Origin: an uncultured virus (IMG/VR IMGVR_UViG_3300025626_002437)
Lineage: Duplodnaviria > Heunggongvirae > Uroviricota > Caudoviricetes
Reading direction: 5' to 3' (one strand)
Length of the DNA stretch: 54,985 nt
IMG/VR virus record: IMGVR_UViG_3300025626_002437
Shown: positions 10,114 through 19,443 of the stretch, piece after piece
How the letters are laid out: each line of letters opens with the position of its first letter
Position numbering within the stretch: the stretch's first letter is position 1
Translations under genes and position numbers: made by a program
The notes under the pieces: generated by a model
Seen by the model: only the letters and a program-made list of their open reading frames with translations
Databases searched by the model: none
What the model was told of the DNA's origin: nothing

Positions 10114-10784
10114 AATCCTGACGCCTCCGCTATGTCTTGTACTAGATTAACTTCTTCTGTGTTTTTTAAAAATATTCTTTTCCAAAAGCCTGGATCTGCA
10201 ATATCCTTAATTAGTTCAACATGTTCGCTGTTAAACTTTCCCCATAAATCTTGTCCGCTTTCACTTAAGAACAAAAACCATGGAGAAATTTTACCACCTC
10301 TTATGTGATAGACTGCAAGTTGCGGAGATACTTTTCTAAAGTAATCCGACCAGTCTTCGCCTTTCTCTACGCCCCATGCCTGCATACATTTTACACTTCT
10401 TTCAATGCCTCTTTGAGCCGGTTCCTTTTTAATTAATTCTTTCAAATAGATATCATATGTTGAATCTTTTGTCCAGTCTGCTAATTTTACACTTTCTCTA
10501 ATTAGCCATTCTGCATAATTGTTAGGTTCTAATAAATCTTCTTTAACCATCTTTCTACCAAACTTAACAAATCCTTGATAATATTTACTGTCTGCAAATT
10601 CTTCATATGATTTTGTCTTTGAATTATGCATGTTTATTTCATAAAACTTTTGATAAGTTCTAAATGCTAATCGTACATGTGTAAGATCTTTATCAGTGTG
10701 TCTTCTTTTATTCACGCACATATGAGCACTTAGAGTTCTTTCACTCATAAATGTCTTTTTACAATATGTGCATGTTAAACTCAC
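10110..10784 (-). CDS. Zn-finger (C2H2/C2HC-like) hypothetical protein
   Basis: N-terminal CTYCKKTF...LSAHMC. Confidence 0.65.
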   Translation of the reverse strand: MSLTCTYCKKTFMSERTLSAHMCVNKRRHTDKDLTHVRLAFRTYQKFYEINMHNSKTKSYEEFADSKYYQGFVKFGRKMVKEDLLEPNNYAEWLIRESVKLADWTKDSTYDIYLKELIKKEPAQRGIERSVKCMQAWGVEKGEDWSDYFRKVSPQLAVYHIRGGKISPWFLFLSESGQDLWGKFNSEHVELIKDIADPGFWKRIFLKNTEEVNLVQDIAEASGL

Positions 10785-11248
10785 TTAAATATTTCCTTTA
10801 TTTCTTTTTCATCAACACCACTTGTTTCTGCTAAGTCTTTTAACTCTTCTTTGGTGTTAATACTTAGCAACAATTCTACTTCATCGTTTTTTGCTAACGG
10901 AAATATTTGTCTAATTAATTCTTCGACTTTATCTTTTTTACGTTTTGCTTTGGGTACCTTAACAAATGGATGAAATTGACTTTTGCCTACACCTGCTAGA
11001 CACATTAGTTTCCATTGCAATTCTGGGTGTTTACTTACGTCACTCCAGTTTGTATTCATAAACTCATTAATCATTACTAGATAATGTCCAGCAAATTTGC
11101 CTTGTACACTACTTGCATATCGCTGAGTCATCCACAAATTCATACTCTTGCGTTGCTCGTCTGTAAGATTAATATAATAGTTGTAGTCCTTACGGTCTAC
11201 AGCCGCCATGATATCTTTAATTTGCAGTAATGGTTTCTTTGCCATCAT
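10781..11248 (-). CDS. putative clamp-loader small subunit (T4 gp62-like)
   Basis: WMTQRYAS...INEFMN...HPELQWKLM pattern and size resemble the gp62 family. Confidence 0.55.
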   Translation of the reverse strand: MMAKKPLLQIKDIMAAVDRKDYNYYINLTDEQRKSMNLWMTQRYASSVQGKFAGHYLVMINEFMNTNWSDVSKHPELQWKLMCLAGVGKSQFHPFVKVPKAKRKKDKVEELIRQIFPLAKNDEVELLLSINTKEELKDLAETSGVDEKEIKEIFK

Positions 11249-11793
11249 TCACCTTCATATTCTATAAGTGCCCCGGCATTATATCCTTTCTCAGTTATTT
11301 TAGCAAATCCACCTAAGTCTGTCAAGTCAATTACTGCCAATACTGTTATTTGATTTTTTGGTACATTGAAATTTTCATGTATTAAATCTGCACAGGCAAT
11401 TGCTGTACCGCCTGTTGCGATTAAGTCGTCTATGATTACAACTTTATCTTCTGGAACTATATGTGTATTTTTTTGTATTTCTAAACTAGTGCTACCATAT
11501 TCTAAATCAAAATCTCTCTTGTGTGTTTCGTTAGGTAGTTTACCAGGCTTTCTTGCCATTATAAAAGGTAAGTCTAGGTCTCTGGCAATTGGTGCTCCAA
11601 ACACAAAACCTCTGCTTTCAACACCCACAATCTTAGTTGCCTTAAATGAAAGACTGGTTAAGTCTACAAGTGCTTTATTAAATGCTAATGGATTTTCTAT
11701 TAGGCTGGTTATATCTCTAAATTGTATTCCTGGTATTGGAAAGTCAGGTACAGTTCTTATGGCATTTTTTAGGTCTTGATAAAATTCTTTCAT
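11245..11793 (-). CDS. apt: adenine phosphoribosyltransferase
   Basis: PDFPIPGIQFRDIT, ESRGF, RKPGKLP, LEYG, IIDDLIATGGT. Confidence 0.96.
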   Translation of the reverse strand: MKEFYQDLKNAIRTVPDFPIPGIQFRDITSLIENPLAFNKALVDLTSLSFKATKIVGVESRGFVFGAPIARDLDLPFIMARKPGKLPNETHKRDFDLEYGSTSLEIQKNTHIVPEDKVVIIDDLIATGGTAIACADLIHENFNVPKNQITVLAVIDLTDLGGFAKITEKGYNAGALIEYEGE

Positions 11794-12884
11794 TAAAATA
11801 AATCAATGTGTTCCCATGGAAGTTCATCTTTACCAAAATGCCCATATAATGTTGTAGTGGTTAAGTCTAACTTAAATAAGTCAAATTTGTCAATAATGCC
11901 TTTTGGTGTTAAGTCAACATTTTTGCTAATCCATTCTACTAAGTCTGGTCTAACTTTGCCGTCTGCATATACATAAACACTAGTAGGCTCTACTACACCG
12001 ATTGCATAACTTAGTTGTACTGTACAGTTATCTGCTTTACCAAATGCAACAATATTCTTTGCTAAGTAACGTGCCATGTATGCCGCACTTCTATCAACTT
12101 TGGTACAGTCTTTACCACTAAATGCTCCGCCACCGTGTGGTGCATAACCACCGTATGTATCAACAATAATTTTTCTGCCTGTTAATCCTGTGTCTCCATC
12201 TGGTCCACCAATTACAAATCTGCCTGTTGGATTTATTAAAAATTCAGTTTCACTTAAATCCCAATCTGTTATTTCATCTCTAATAATTTGCTCAATTCTA
12301 TCACGTACCATTTGAATACTTACATCATCGCTGTGTTGCGTACTACATACAATTTTAGTAATACCAGTTGGTTTGTTTACATTGTCATACGTCATAGTTA
12401 CCTGACTTTTACTATCAGGACCTAACCAAGTTTCATTGCCTTCTCTTTCTGCTTGTAGTCTTTTTAAAATTTTATGACTGTAGTAAATAGCACTTGGCAT
12501 ATAATTAGGAGTTTCATTGCAGGCGTACCCAAACATAAGTCCTTGGTCACCAGCACCAAAGTCATCTGTGCCTAATGCAATGTCAGGTGATTGACCATGT
12601 AGTTCGTTATATACTTTTAATTTTTCCCAATGGAAGCCATCTTGTTCATAACCAATATCTTGTACAACTGCTCTAACAATGTCCTCAATGACATCCTTGT
12701 CAAACTTGTCACTTTTGTATTCACCTGCAAGTGTAACCATGTTAGTAGTTACCAATGTTTCTACAGCCGCTCTGTGATTTTCTTTGCCGTCTATTAAATA
12801 TGTTGCTACTGCATCCGAAATCAAATCTGCGATTTTATCTGGATGTCCTATGCTAACACTTTCGCTTGTAAATTCATAAGTCAT
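11793..12884 (-). CDS. metK: S-adenosylmethionine synthetase
   Basis: FTSESVSIGHPDK, GAGDQG, GLTGRKIIVDTYGG, GGGAFSGKD. Confidence 0.97.
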   Translation of the reverse strand: MTYEFTSESVSIGHPDKIADLISDAVATYLIDGKENHRAAVETLVTTNMVTLAGEYKSDKFDKDVIEDIVRAVVQDIGYEQDGFHWEKLKVYNELHGQSPDIALGTDDFGAGDQGLMFGYACNETPNYMPSAIYYSHKILKRLQAEREGNETWLGPDSKSQVTMTYDNVNKPTGITKIVCSTQHSDDVSIQMVRDRIEQIIRDEITDWDLSETEFLINPTGRFVIGGPDGDTGLTGRKIIVDTYGGYAPHGGGAFSGKDCTKVDRSAAYMARYLAKNIVAFGKADNCTVQLSYAIGVVEPTSVYVYADGKVRPDLVEWISKNVDLTPKGIIDKFDLFKLDLTTTTLYGHFGKDELPWEHIDLF

Positions 12885-13177
12885 TATTGCTCCTCTTTTA
12901 TAAAGATACCATCAACCATTTTTCCTTTACGGTCTTTGATATCTTCGTATGCTACTTCTAAACATTCTTCTAATGTTAATTTGTTTCTGGCAAGTATGTT
13001 AATCATTACAACTAATATATCACCGATGTCGTCCCTTATGTCATTGCCCTTACACACATTATCACTGAGTTCTCCGAGTTCTTGTAATAATTTAAGAACT
13101 TGATCTTTGTCAGTGGCTCCGTCGATAAGGTTTCTATCGTAATGCCATTGTTCAACTTTTTTGACTAATTCGTCCAT
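12884..13177 (-). CDS. MazG-like NTP pyrophosphohydrolase
   Basis: QVLKLLQELGEL, DDIGDILV, AYEDIKDRKG. Confidence 0.85.
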   Translation of the reverse strand: MDELVKKVEQWHYDRNLIDGATDKDQVLKLLQELGELSDNVCKGNDIRDDIGDILVVMINILARNKLTLEECLEVAYEDIKDRKGKMVDGIFIKEEQ

Positions 13178-13953
13178 TATAGTTTGCCTTCTTCTCTCAT
13201 TTGTTCACGTATTTTAGTAGCACTGATATCGTGTGTAGCATCGTCAAAAACTTCTTGCTCAATCTTATACCCAACATCTCTACCATACGTTATGTTTAAC
13301 AAGTTTGGTACAACTTGTATTTTTACTTTACCAGCAAATTTGTATAAACTTTGTTGTAAGTTTTCTACAACTTCATATGCTGGAAAAGGATTCTTGTCAT
13401 CTGTTGGCATATCTCTAACCATTAAAAACACTTGATTGTGTTTAGCCAATGCTCTATCGAACAATGCTTGGTGCCCAGGATGCCAAGGCTGAAATCTACC
13501 AAGCATTTGTGTTGTGGGTGCCTGGTTATCCCAAATAAATTTTTGACCAATTTCATAAGCAATTATTTTAGCATCTACATCACCACGTTGTTCTAGTACG
13601 TTGTAATCTGTTGCTACTGGTCTTTGAAATACTTTGTTAGTATCTTCAAATCTGCCTTCTTCTATTGTGTCTACAAAAATTTCATAGTCAGCAAAGAATT
13701 TATTCCTAGCATTTTCAAAAGGTGCTACAAAGTCTGCTATGGCAATCTTGCCTTCTAATTCAGCATTTACACATAAATCAATCATTCGTTGATTTTGTCT
13801 TAATCTACCTTCTTCAGAAAAGTCCCAGTCGTCTGCTTCTTCTCTGACTTTATCTGCGTTGAACCAGGCTACTTTATCGCCTAAGTATTCAACTAGTCGT
13901 TCTGCTAAATATGTCTTACCACTTCCTGGTAATCCAAATATTAATACTCTCAT
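13177..13953 (-). CDS. APS-kinase (CysC)-like P-loop domain fused to HxGH nucleotidyltransferase
   Basis: GLPGSGKT and DFSEEGRLRQ in the N-terminal half. GRFQPWHPGH and ISATKIR in the C-terminal half. Confidence 0.8.
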   Translation of the reverse strand: MRVLIFGLPGSGKTYLAERLVEYLGDKVAWFNADKVREEADDWDFSEEGRLRQNQRMIDLCVNAELEGKIAIADFVAPFENARNKFFADYEIFVDTIEEGRFEDTNKVFQRPVATDYNVLEQRGDVDAKIIAYEIGQKFIWDNQAPTTQMLGRFQPWHPGHQALFDRALAKHNQVFLMVRDMPTDDKNPFPAYEVVENLQQSLYKFAGKVKIQVVPNLLNITYGRDVGYKIEQEVFDDATHDISATKIREQMREEGKL

Positions 13954-14724
13954 TTATTCTCCGTTTTGTTCACGTTCCCATTCTGCGTTATCGTCGAAGT
14001 CTTGTAAATAAACTTCATCAAGTTCATTATACTTGTCATCTGAGTCGTGCCACTTTTTATTTAACCAGCCAACTTCTGCATGATAACTTTTACCGGTGCT
14101 GTCATTTTGCTCGTATTCTGCGTCTAATTCAACCTTGTTGTAATACACTCTATCAATGAATTCACCTAAATTAGTTTCTACAATGCCCATGCCTAATTTG
14201 TATTGATCAAAGTCTTCACCATCTGTTTCTACAAAGTAACTGGCAAACGTACCTTTCTCACAACTATGAAATGCTAACACTGGTACATAATGATTACCTT
14301 CGTCGTCGTCTTCGTTTACAACATTAGGTTCTTCATTACTAAAGTAACCGCCTTCTCTTCCATACATGTGAATAGCACTAAAACTTCCAACTTCATTCTC
14401 ATAATCATAATCATTTTCGCCATCTGATGGAACTTCGAAAACTGTTAGTTCTGAATCACCGTATGCACTATTGATATGTTCGATATCATCACATTCCCAC
14501 ATATAGTAATCTTCTCTTGGTGCAGGAATTTGTTCAGGATCATCGTGTTCCGCATTTTCGTCAAGATCGTCGTTGCCACCCCAGTCATCAAATGATAAAA
14601 CTGTGTCTACTAACTCACCTTCGTCCATGCCTATAGTTTTTGCAACGAACTCATTTGCTACTTCTCCAATAACTAATTCGCCGCCATAATAACCGCTATC
14701 GATTCTAAATCTTCTTTTTGCCAT
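13954..14724 (-). CDS. highly acidic hypothetical protein
   Basis: 256-aa D/E-rich ORF with AGGAG RBS. Confidence 0.7.
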   Translation of the reverse strand: MAKRRFRIDSGYYGGELVIGEVANEFVAKTIGMDEGELVDTVLSFDDWGGNDDLDENAEHDDPEQIPAPREDYYMWECDDIEHINSAYGDSELTVFEVPSDGENDYDYENEVGSFSAIHMYGREGGYFSNEEPNVVNEDDDEGNHYVPVLAFHSCEKGTFASYFVETDGEDFDQYKLGMGIVETNLGEFIDRVYYNKVELDAEYEQNDSTGKSYHAEVGWLNKKWHDSDDKYNELDEVYLQDFDDNAEWEREQNGE

Positions 14725-14734
14725 ATTTTTCTCC

Positions 14735-15238
14735 TTACATTACGTCGCTTAAATTTACCACCTCTGGTATTTTGTTTGCCTCTTTTACAAATAACACACT
14801 TTTAGGAACAGATTTTTGCTCTATTGGGGTTACTAGTAAATGCCCTGGTTTTAACTTTGGAAAAAACCATTTAATATCCTGATAATAATTAGTGATAAAC
14901 ACTTCTTCTATCTCTGGAATCTTGTTATTCATAGGATTAAACACTGGTGTTTTAAAACCTCTATTATTTAAACTTGTAAGTGGCACTATTTCTATTTCTG
15001 TGTGATATTCGTCATCGCAAATTGCTATACTCCAATCCATTGGCATCTTTACTTCGTGCCCGCCAATGTTTAGTACAACTGCTGGTGAATAAAAACTTTC
15101 TAGGAAGATCAGTTCTAACCAATAATAATCATAGAATTCTGGGTCGCTAACATCTAAGACGCAATACCGTAAGTCATTAATTTGATCTGGTACACTATCT
15201 AAATCATAAACGTTGTTTTCAATTGTTAAAATATTCAT
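14735..15238 (-). CDS. conserved hypothetical phage protein
   Basis: 167 aa, GGAG RBS, first gene after a sigma70-type promoter. Confidence 0.7.
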   Translation of the reverse strand: MNILTIENNVYDLDSVPDQINDLRYCVLDVSDPEFYDYYWLELIFLESFYSPAVVLNIGGHEVKMPMDWSIAICDDEYHTEIEIVPLTSLNNRGFKTPVFNPMNNKIPEIEEVFITNYYQDIKWFFPKLKPGHLLVTPIEQKSVPKSVLFVKEANKIPEVVNLSDVM

Positions 15239-15256
15239 ATCTTCTCCGTAAACATA

Positions 15257-15284
15257 ATTATAGCACCTTTATTTTAAAAGTCAA
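15257..15284 (-). promoter_or_regulatory. sigma70-type promoter of the metabolic operon
   Basis: TTGACT-N16-TATAAT with TG extension. Confidence 0.75.
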
Positions 15285-15291
15285 TCTATAT

Positions 15292-16755
15292 TTAAATATA
15301 TTCTATTTTTGTAACCTTAAACGGATACTCTGCTTCTCTGTAAAATTTCTTTCTTTCTGTTAAATGCTTTTTACTGTATTTTAGTGTGCTAGTAATATCG
15401 AACACATTTACAAAGTCTTTGTCTTTGGCTTTCCTTATACCCCTGCCAATACTTTGTATTACCCTAACAAAACTTTTGCCAGGTTCGATTAATACCAAAT
15501 TAAATATCCTTGGTATGTTAATACCAACTGATGCCACTCCATAAGTAGCAACAATTACTTTGCCTTCTGCTTCACTAATTTCGTCATAGTTTTCTTTTCT
15601 TTCTGATGCTTTCATTCCACCACTTACAAATACCCAGTCTGGGTTTTGTTCTATAAGTAATTCGCCTGTTTTTATTCGGTCTACTAGTATTAACGTATTA
15701 CCGTTATCAGTCATGCCATTGATAAGTTGACTTATGAATTTTATTCTTTCAGGATTAGTTGTTATCCATTTTAGTTCTTGTGCATAGTTACTAAATCCTA
15801 CATGAGTGTCTACTAACTGTAATACATTTACTTCTAAGTTAGATAGTACGCCTTTGTCTTGTAATTCTTTTGCACTTAATTGTCCTATTACAGGTCCTAT
15901 AGTGCTAGTCATTGCAACTGCTTCGTGTTGGTCTTTTGGTATTGTACCTGTTAGTCCCCAGCGAATAGGAACATTAGAAAATACACTACTTAATAATTGT
16001 TTTAAAATATCTGCTTTTGCTTTGTGTACTTCGTCAATCATTATGCACACTACACCATCAATAAATTCACTGATATCAAAGTCTACTGCTTCCTTGGCTT
16101 TAGATTTTTTGTGTAGTATTTCTAAACTTTGCCAAGTGCAAATTGTGTGCGTTTTATTGTATTCTTTTCTGTCCCCGTAGAAAACACCAACATCAAGTCC
16201 TAAATGCTTGTAGTCCGCTTCTGTTTGCGTTACAAGGTCCTTATTAGGCACTATCACTATTGTTCTACCGTACTTCTCACATTGGTGACTAAGTGCGGCC
16301 GTTACTAGAGTTTTACCAGCACCTGTGGCAATCTCTTGTATGCATTGTGGGTTTGCTAAAAACTTGTTAATTATTTCTACTTGATAATCTCTAAGTATAA
16401 TAGGCAAACCTTCTGCAGGATGTTTCTTAGGCCAACTAAACTCTTCATATGTGTCTTGTTTTACTTCCTCAAACTCAAAATCCCATTTTTCTCTTTTGTC
16501 ATCTAACACTACTTCGTAACCCAAACTAGTTACTACTGGAATAAGTTGGTCTAATAAATTCAAATAACTCCTACCACCGACATCACAAAATCTCATAAAG
16601 CCGTCCCAACGACCTAACTTGTAAGCCGGCATATGATATGCATATGGTAAAAAGTATTTGCAAGTATCAGAAAGTTTTCTGCGTGTGGCTACATCTAAGT
16701 CGTGAAACTTAATGTTTACTTCGTCTCTTATTTCTAATCTTGTTTGTCTAGCCAT
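15292..16755 (-). CDS. uvsW: UvsW-like SF2 helicase
   Basis: LRDYQ, ATGAGKT, DEVH, GLTGT, QSIGRGIR. Confidence 0.92.
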   Translation of the reverse strand: MARQTRLEIRDEVNIKFHDLDVATRRKLSDTCKYFLPYAYHMPAYKLGRWDGFMRFCDVGGRSYLNLLDQLIPVVTSLGYEVVLDDKREKWDFEFEEVKQDTYEEFSWPKKHPAEGLPIILRDYQVEIINKFLANPQCIQEIATGAGKTLVTAALSHQCEKYGRTIVIVPNKDLVTQTEADYKHLGLDVGVFYGDRKEYNKTHTICTWQSLEILHKKSKAKEAVDFDISEFIDGVVCIMIDEVHKAKADILKQLLSSVFSNVPIRWGLTGTIPKDQHEAVAMTSTIGPVIGQLSAKELQDKGVLSNLEVNVLQLVDTHVGFSNYAQELKWITTNPERIKFISQLINGMTDNGNTLILVDRIKTGELLIEQNPDWVFVSGGMKASERKENYDEISEAEGKVIVATYGVASVGINIPRIFNLVLIEPGKSFVRVIQSIGRGIRKAKDKDFVNVFDITSTLKYSKKHLTERKKFYREAEYPFKVTKIEYI

Positions 16756-16762
16756 AAAGTTT

Positions 16763-16790
16763 ATTATACATTAAATGTGTGTGATGTCAA
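16763..16790 (-). promoter_or_regulatory. sigma70-type promoter of uvsW
   Basis: TTGACA-N16-TATAAT, 7 nt before the ATG. Confidence 0.75.
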
Positions 16791-16796
16791 TCTTAT

Positions 16797-17708
16797 TCAT
16801 ATGATACTTTTACAGATTTCAATACTTCTTCTGTTGTATCCTGATTGCGATACAGTACCAAACCCCAAAGAAAAACCGGTATTGTCTTGCTTATGATATG
16901 GCAAGTAGTAATGCAACTTTTCTATAGTTGCAACAGGTCCAAATGCAATTATATCGACGCCATTGTTATACAGTTCTTTACCACGTAAAAAATCTTCGTA
17001 TGATGCAATTTTAATTACAAATATATTGTAATCTTTTACAACGTCACATATATCTTTTATGTTCTCAACTTCATCTGGTAATATAATACAAGATATAAAT
17101 TCTGCTGATTCTTTGCAATGAGATTTTAATGTGTCAATATCAATTTTATTATCTGTATATCCTACAGCAAGTCCTGTGGAGTTAGAGTTTGATAATGCAT
17201 TTATTGTGTGCATGTCAGCATTATTAACTGTTATAACACAATCCTTATGTGCTAACATGTTGTGTCTAAAATACTCTCTCGCGGTCATAATTGATGTAAA
17301 AATATCATTGCCGTTATTAGTTGATTGGAACGTTATATCAAAAAAACCTGTTAATGATAATATACTTTTTTTAACATTAGACACGTCGATATCTTTTTCT
17401 AAGTTGTCGTAAAAATATGAAAAAGATTTCTTTTCGTCTGATTCTAGTATTAGTCTACTAGGTGATTGATGTAATGTAGCAAAGACATTTTTACCTTTTG
17501 CATTAGGTATTACTTTTACTTGGTGCCATTTGAGATAAGATTTTAATACATCTTCTAATGTTGACTCGACAGATTCGTCTAACGATAGTACGAATTTTTC
17601 TTCTTCTTTAATTTCGTGTATTGATTCAAGCAGTTCATCTAATATATCTAAATTGATATATCTTCCATACCTGCTGTCCTCAATTTCACTATGTGTCCTA
17701 TCTGCCAT
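16797..17708 (-). CDS. degenerate glycine decarboxylase (GcvP C-half)-like protein, probably inactive
   Basis: Colinear resemblance to GcvP segments but no HKT PLP-lysine motif. Start uncertain (61-nt overlap with uvsY). Confidence 0.55.
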   Translation of the reverse strand: MADRTHSEIEDSRYGRYINLDILDELLESIHEIKEEEKFVLSLDESVESTLEDVLKSYLKWHQVKVIPNAKGKNVFATLHQSPSRLILESDEKKSFSYFYDNLEKDIDVSNVKKSILSLTGFFDITFQSTNNGNDIFTSIMTAREYFRHNMLAHKDCVITVNNADMHTINALSNSNSTGLAVGYTDNKIDIDTLKSHCKESAEFISCIILPDEVENIKDICDVVKDYNIFVIKIASYEDFLRGKELYNNGVDIIAFGPVATIEKLHYYLPYHKQDNTGFSLGFGTVSQSGYNRRSIEICKSII

Positions 17709-18106
17709 TGTTTGGTGTCTAATCCTTTCATTATACCGAGATACTTGTTTCTTAATAAGCCAAACTGATTTGTCAATGATGTTAGTGTTACTACTTCGTC
17801 ATCGCCATCTACATATTTGTCAGCATCTCTTGAGGTTAACTGTCTGTTATAACTTTCTAAAAAGTTTCTAAATACTTTACTGCGTGTTTTACGCAATTGA
17901 ATGTTTATGTGTTCTAGAATTGCTTCTATTTCTTGTAATTGATTGAACCTGTGTTCTGTAATGCCAGGCAATGAGGCACTATTACGTTCCACATTGCCCT
18001 TGATATAACATTCTTTTTTTGCCTCTAGTAATTCTTCTTCAAAATAATCTATTGCATCTACAATGTTACTTAAATTACCAGATACTTTGTTATACCATCC
18101 TGCCAT
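17648..18106 (-). CDS. uvsY: recombination mediator UvsY
   Basis: Coiled-coil, DADKYVDGD, KQWQIGHIVKLRTAG C-terminus, located between uvsX and uvsW. Confidence 0.85.
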   Translation of the reverse strand: MAGWYNKVSGNLSNIVDAIDYFEEELLEAKKECYIKGNVERNSASLPGITEHRFNQLQEIEAILEHINIQLRKTRSKVFRNFLESYNRQLTSRDADKYVDGDDEVVTLTSLTNQFGLLRNKYLGIMKGLDTKQWQIGHIVKLRTAGMEDISI

Positions 18107-18108
18107 TA

Positions 18109-18336
18109 CTAATCCCAGTCCTCTTCGTCTTCTTCATGATCTTCTACTTCAAAGTATTCTTCAATTGCTTGACGTAAATGTTTATCACAGTCATTGATAC
18201 TTACTTTGTCATAGTCTACCATTCCTTGATCATCAAATACTCTAACCAAGTTAGCACAAACTTCGTCACGTTCTTTAACGTTTACCGAAGGTTTAACACA
18301 TTCCCAAGATTCTATTATTAAAGTTAAATCTATCAT
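18109..18336 (-). CDS. small acidic hypothetical protein
   Basis: 75 aa, ATGA-coupled to uvsX. Confidence 0.7.
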   Translation of the reverse strand: MIDLTLIIESWECVKPSVNVKERDEVCANLVRVFDDQGMVDYDKVSINDCDKHLRQAIEEYFEVEDHEEDEEDWD

Positions 18337-19442
18337 TCAACATTCTCCTCGTATACTGAAGGGTCGTCAATTTCATTTTCATCAAAGTCATCTTCTACTA
18401 CTTCTGCAATTACTTTAGGATTTTGACCCCATTCATCAATAATTACCTGAAGTTTATCTCCTGTCCAGCCTTTTCTGAACTCTTTAATCTCTTCACCTGT
18501 TACTGGTGAAACATAAGAGAGTTTGTTACCAACTTTATCTACAATACCTTTTGCTTCTAACATTTCTAACATACCACTGTATGGGTCCATGCCGGTCTCA
18601 TAAGGAATCTTAATTTGTACACCTTCAAAAGGTTTGCTGTATCTTGACTTCATTACTTTACATGCCGCTCTAATACCTTGCACAGTAGACACTTTGTTTC
18701 CGTCTGCATCTTCTTTTAGTTTTAGTTTCTTGATAGCAACCACTATGCTACTTGCGTACACAAAGCCTTGTCCGCCACTGATTTTATCATCTGGGTCAAA
18801 CATATCTTGTGATGCGTATGTGTGGTTAGTACAAACTAATCCAATTGGATAAGGTGCTAGTTGGTTAACTGTATTCCTAACTAAGGCTGTTAATGCCTTT
18901 GGTTTTCTACCCATGTCACCTTTCATGTCACCTTTTTCAAATTGAGCAACATCGGTTGGTGTAAGTAGCATACCTAAACTATCAACAACAAATAACAACT
19001 TAGGCATTTCTTCATACTCTAAATCACCGTAGTTACTTTTATAGTCTTTCATAAACTCTGAAATAGCCTTTGCTACATCGTCAATCATTGATACACTAAT
19101 TTTTAATAGTTTAGATGGATCTGTGTCAACGTTTAGTGCTTTTAGCCAATCTTCGTCTAACGCATTCTCTGAGTCAAATAACACTACCTGACATCCTTGT
19201 TCCTGTGCGTTTCTTACTAAATTACCCGAACAGATAAAACTTTTACCCGATCCGGACTCGCCGGCGAACACACTAACTTTTCCTAGTGGTACGCCTCTGT
19301 TAAAGTCACCACTGATCAAATAGTTGAGTGTGTGGTTACCTGTGCTGATCCAATCTACTGGATCATGGAAGCCGGCACTAATACCACTAATACTTTTAGT
19401 GATGCCGGTTCTAAATTTACTTAAATCAAATGGTTTTTGCAT
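18333..19442 (-). CDS. uvsX: RecA-like recombinase UvsX
   Basis: AGESGSGKS, DSENA, VDSLGML, NHTY, SGGQG. Confidence 0.93.
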   Translation of the reverse strand: MQKPFDLSKFRTGITKSISGISAGFHDPVDWISTGNHTLNYLISGDFNRGVPLGKVSVFAGESGSGKSFICSGNLVRNAQEQGCQVVLFDSENALDEDWLKALNVDTDPSKLLKISVSMIDDVAKAISEFMKDYKSNYGDLEYEEMPKLLFVVDSLGMLLTPTDVAQFEKGDMKGDMGRKPKALTALVRNTVNQLAPYPIGLVCTNHTYASQDMFDPDDKISGGQGFVYASSIVVAIKKLKLKEDADGNKVSTVQGIRAACKVMKSRYSKPFEGVQIKIPYETGMDPYSGMLEMLEAKGIVDKVGNKLSYVSPVTGEEIKEFRKGWTGDKLQVIIDEWGQNPKVIAEVVEDDFDENEIDDPSVYEENVE

Positions 19443-19443
19443 T

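Noticed and set aside
9194..13177. Z-genome (2-aminoadenine) pathway suggested by MazG-like genes and apt
   Set aside because: No PurZ or HD-domain dATPase is recognisable in the window.
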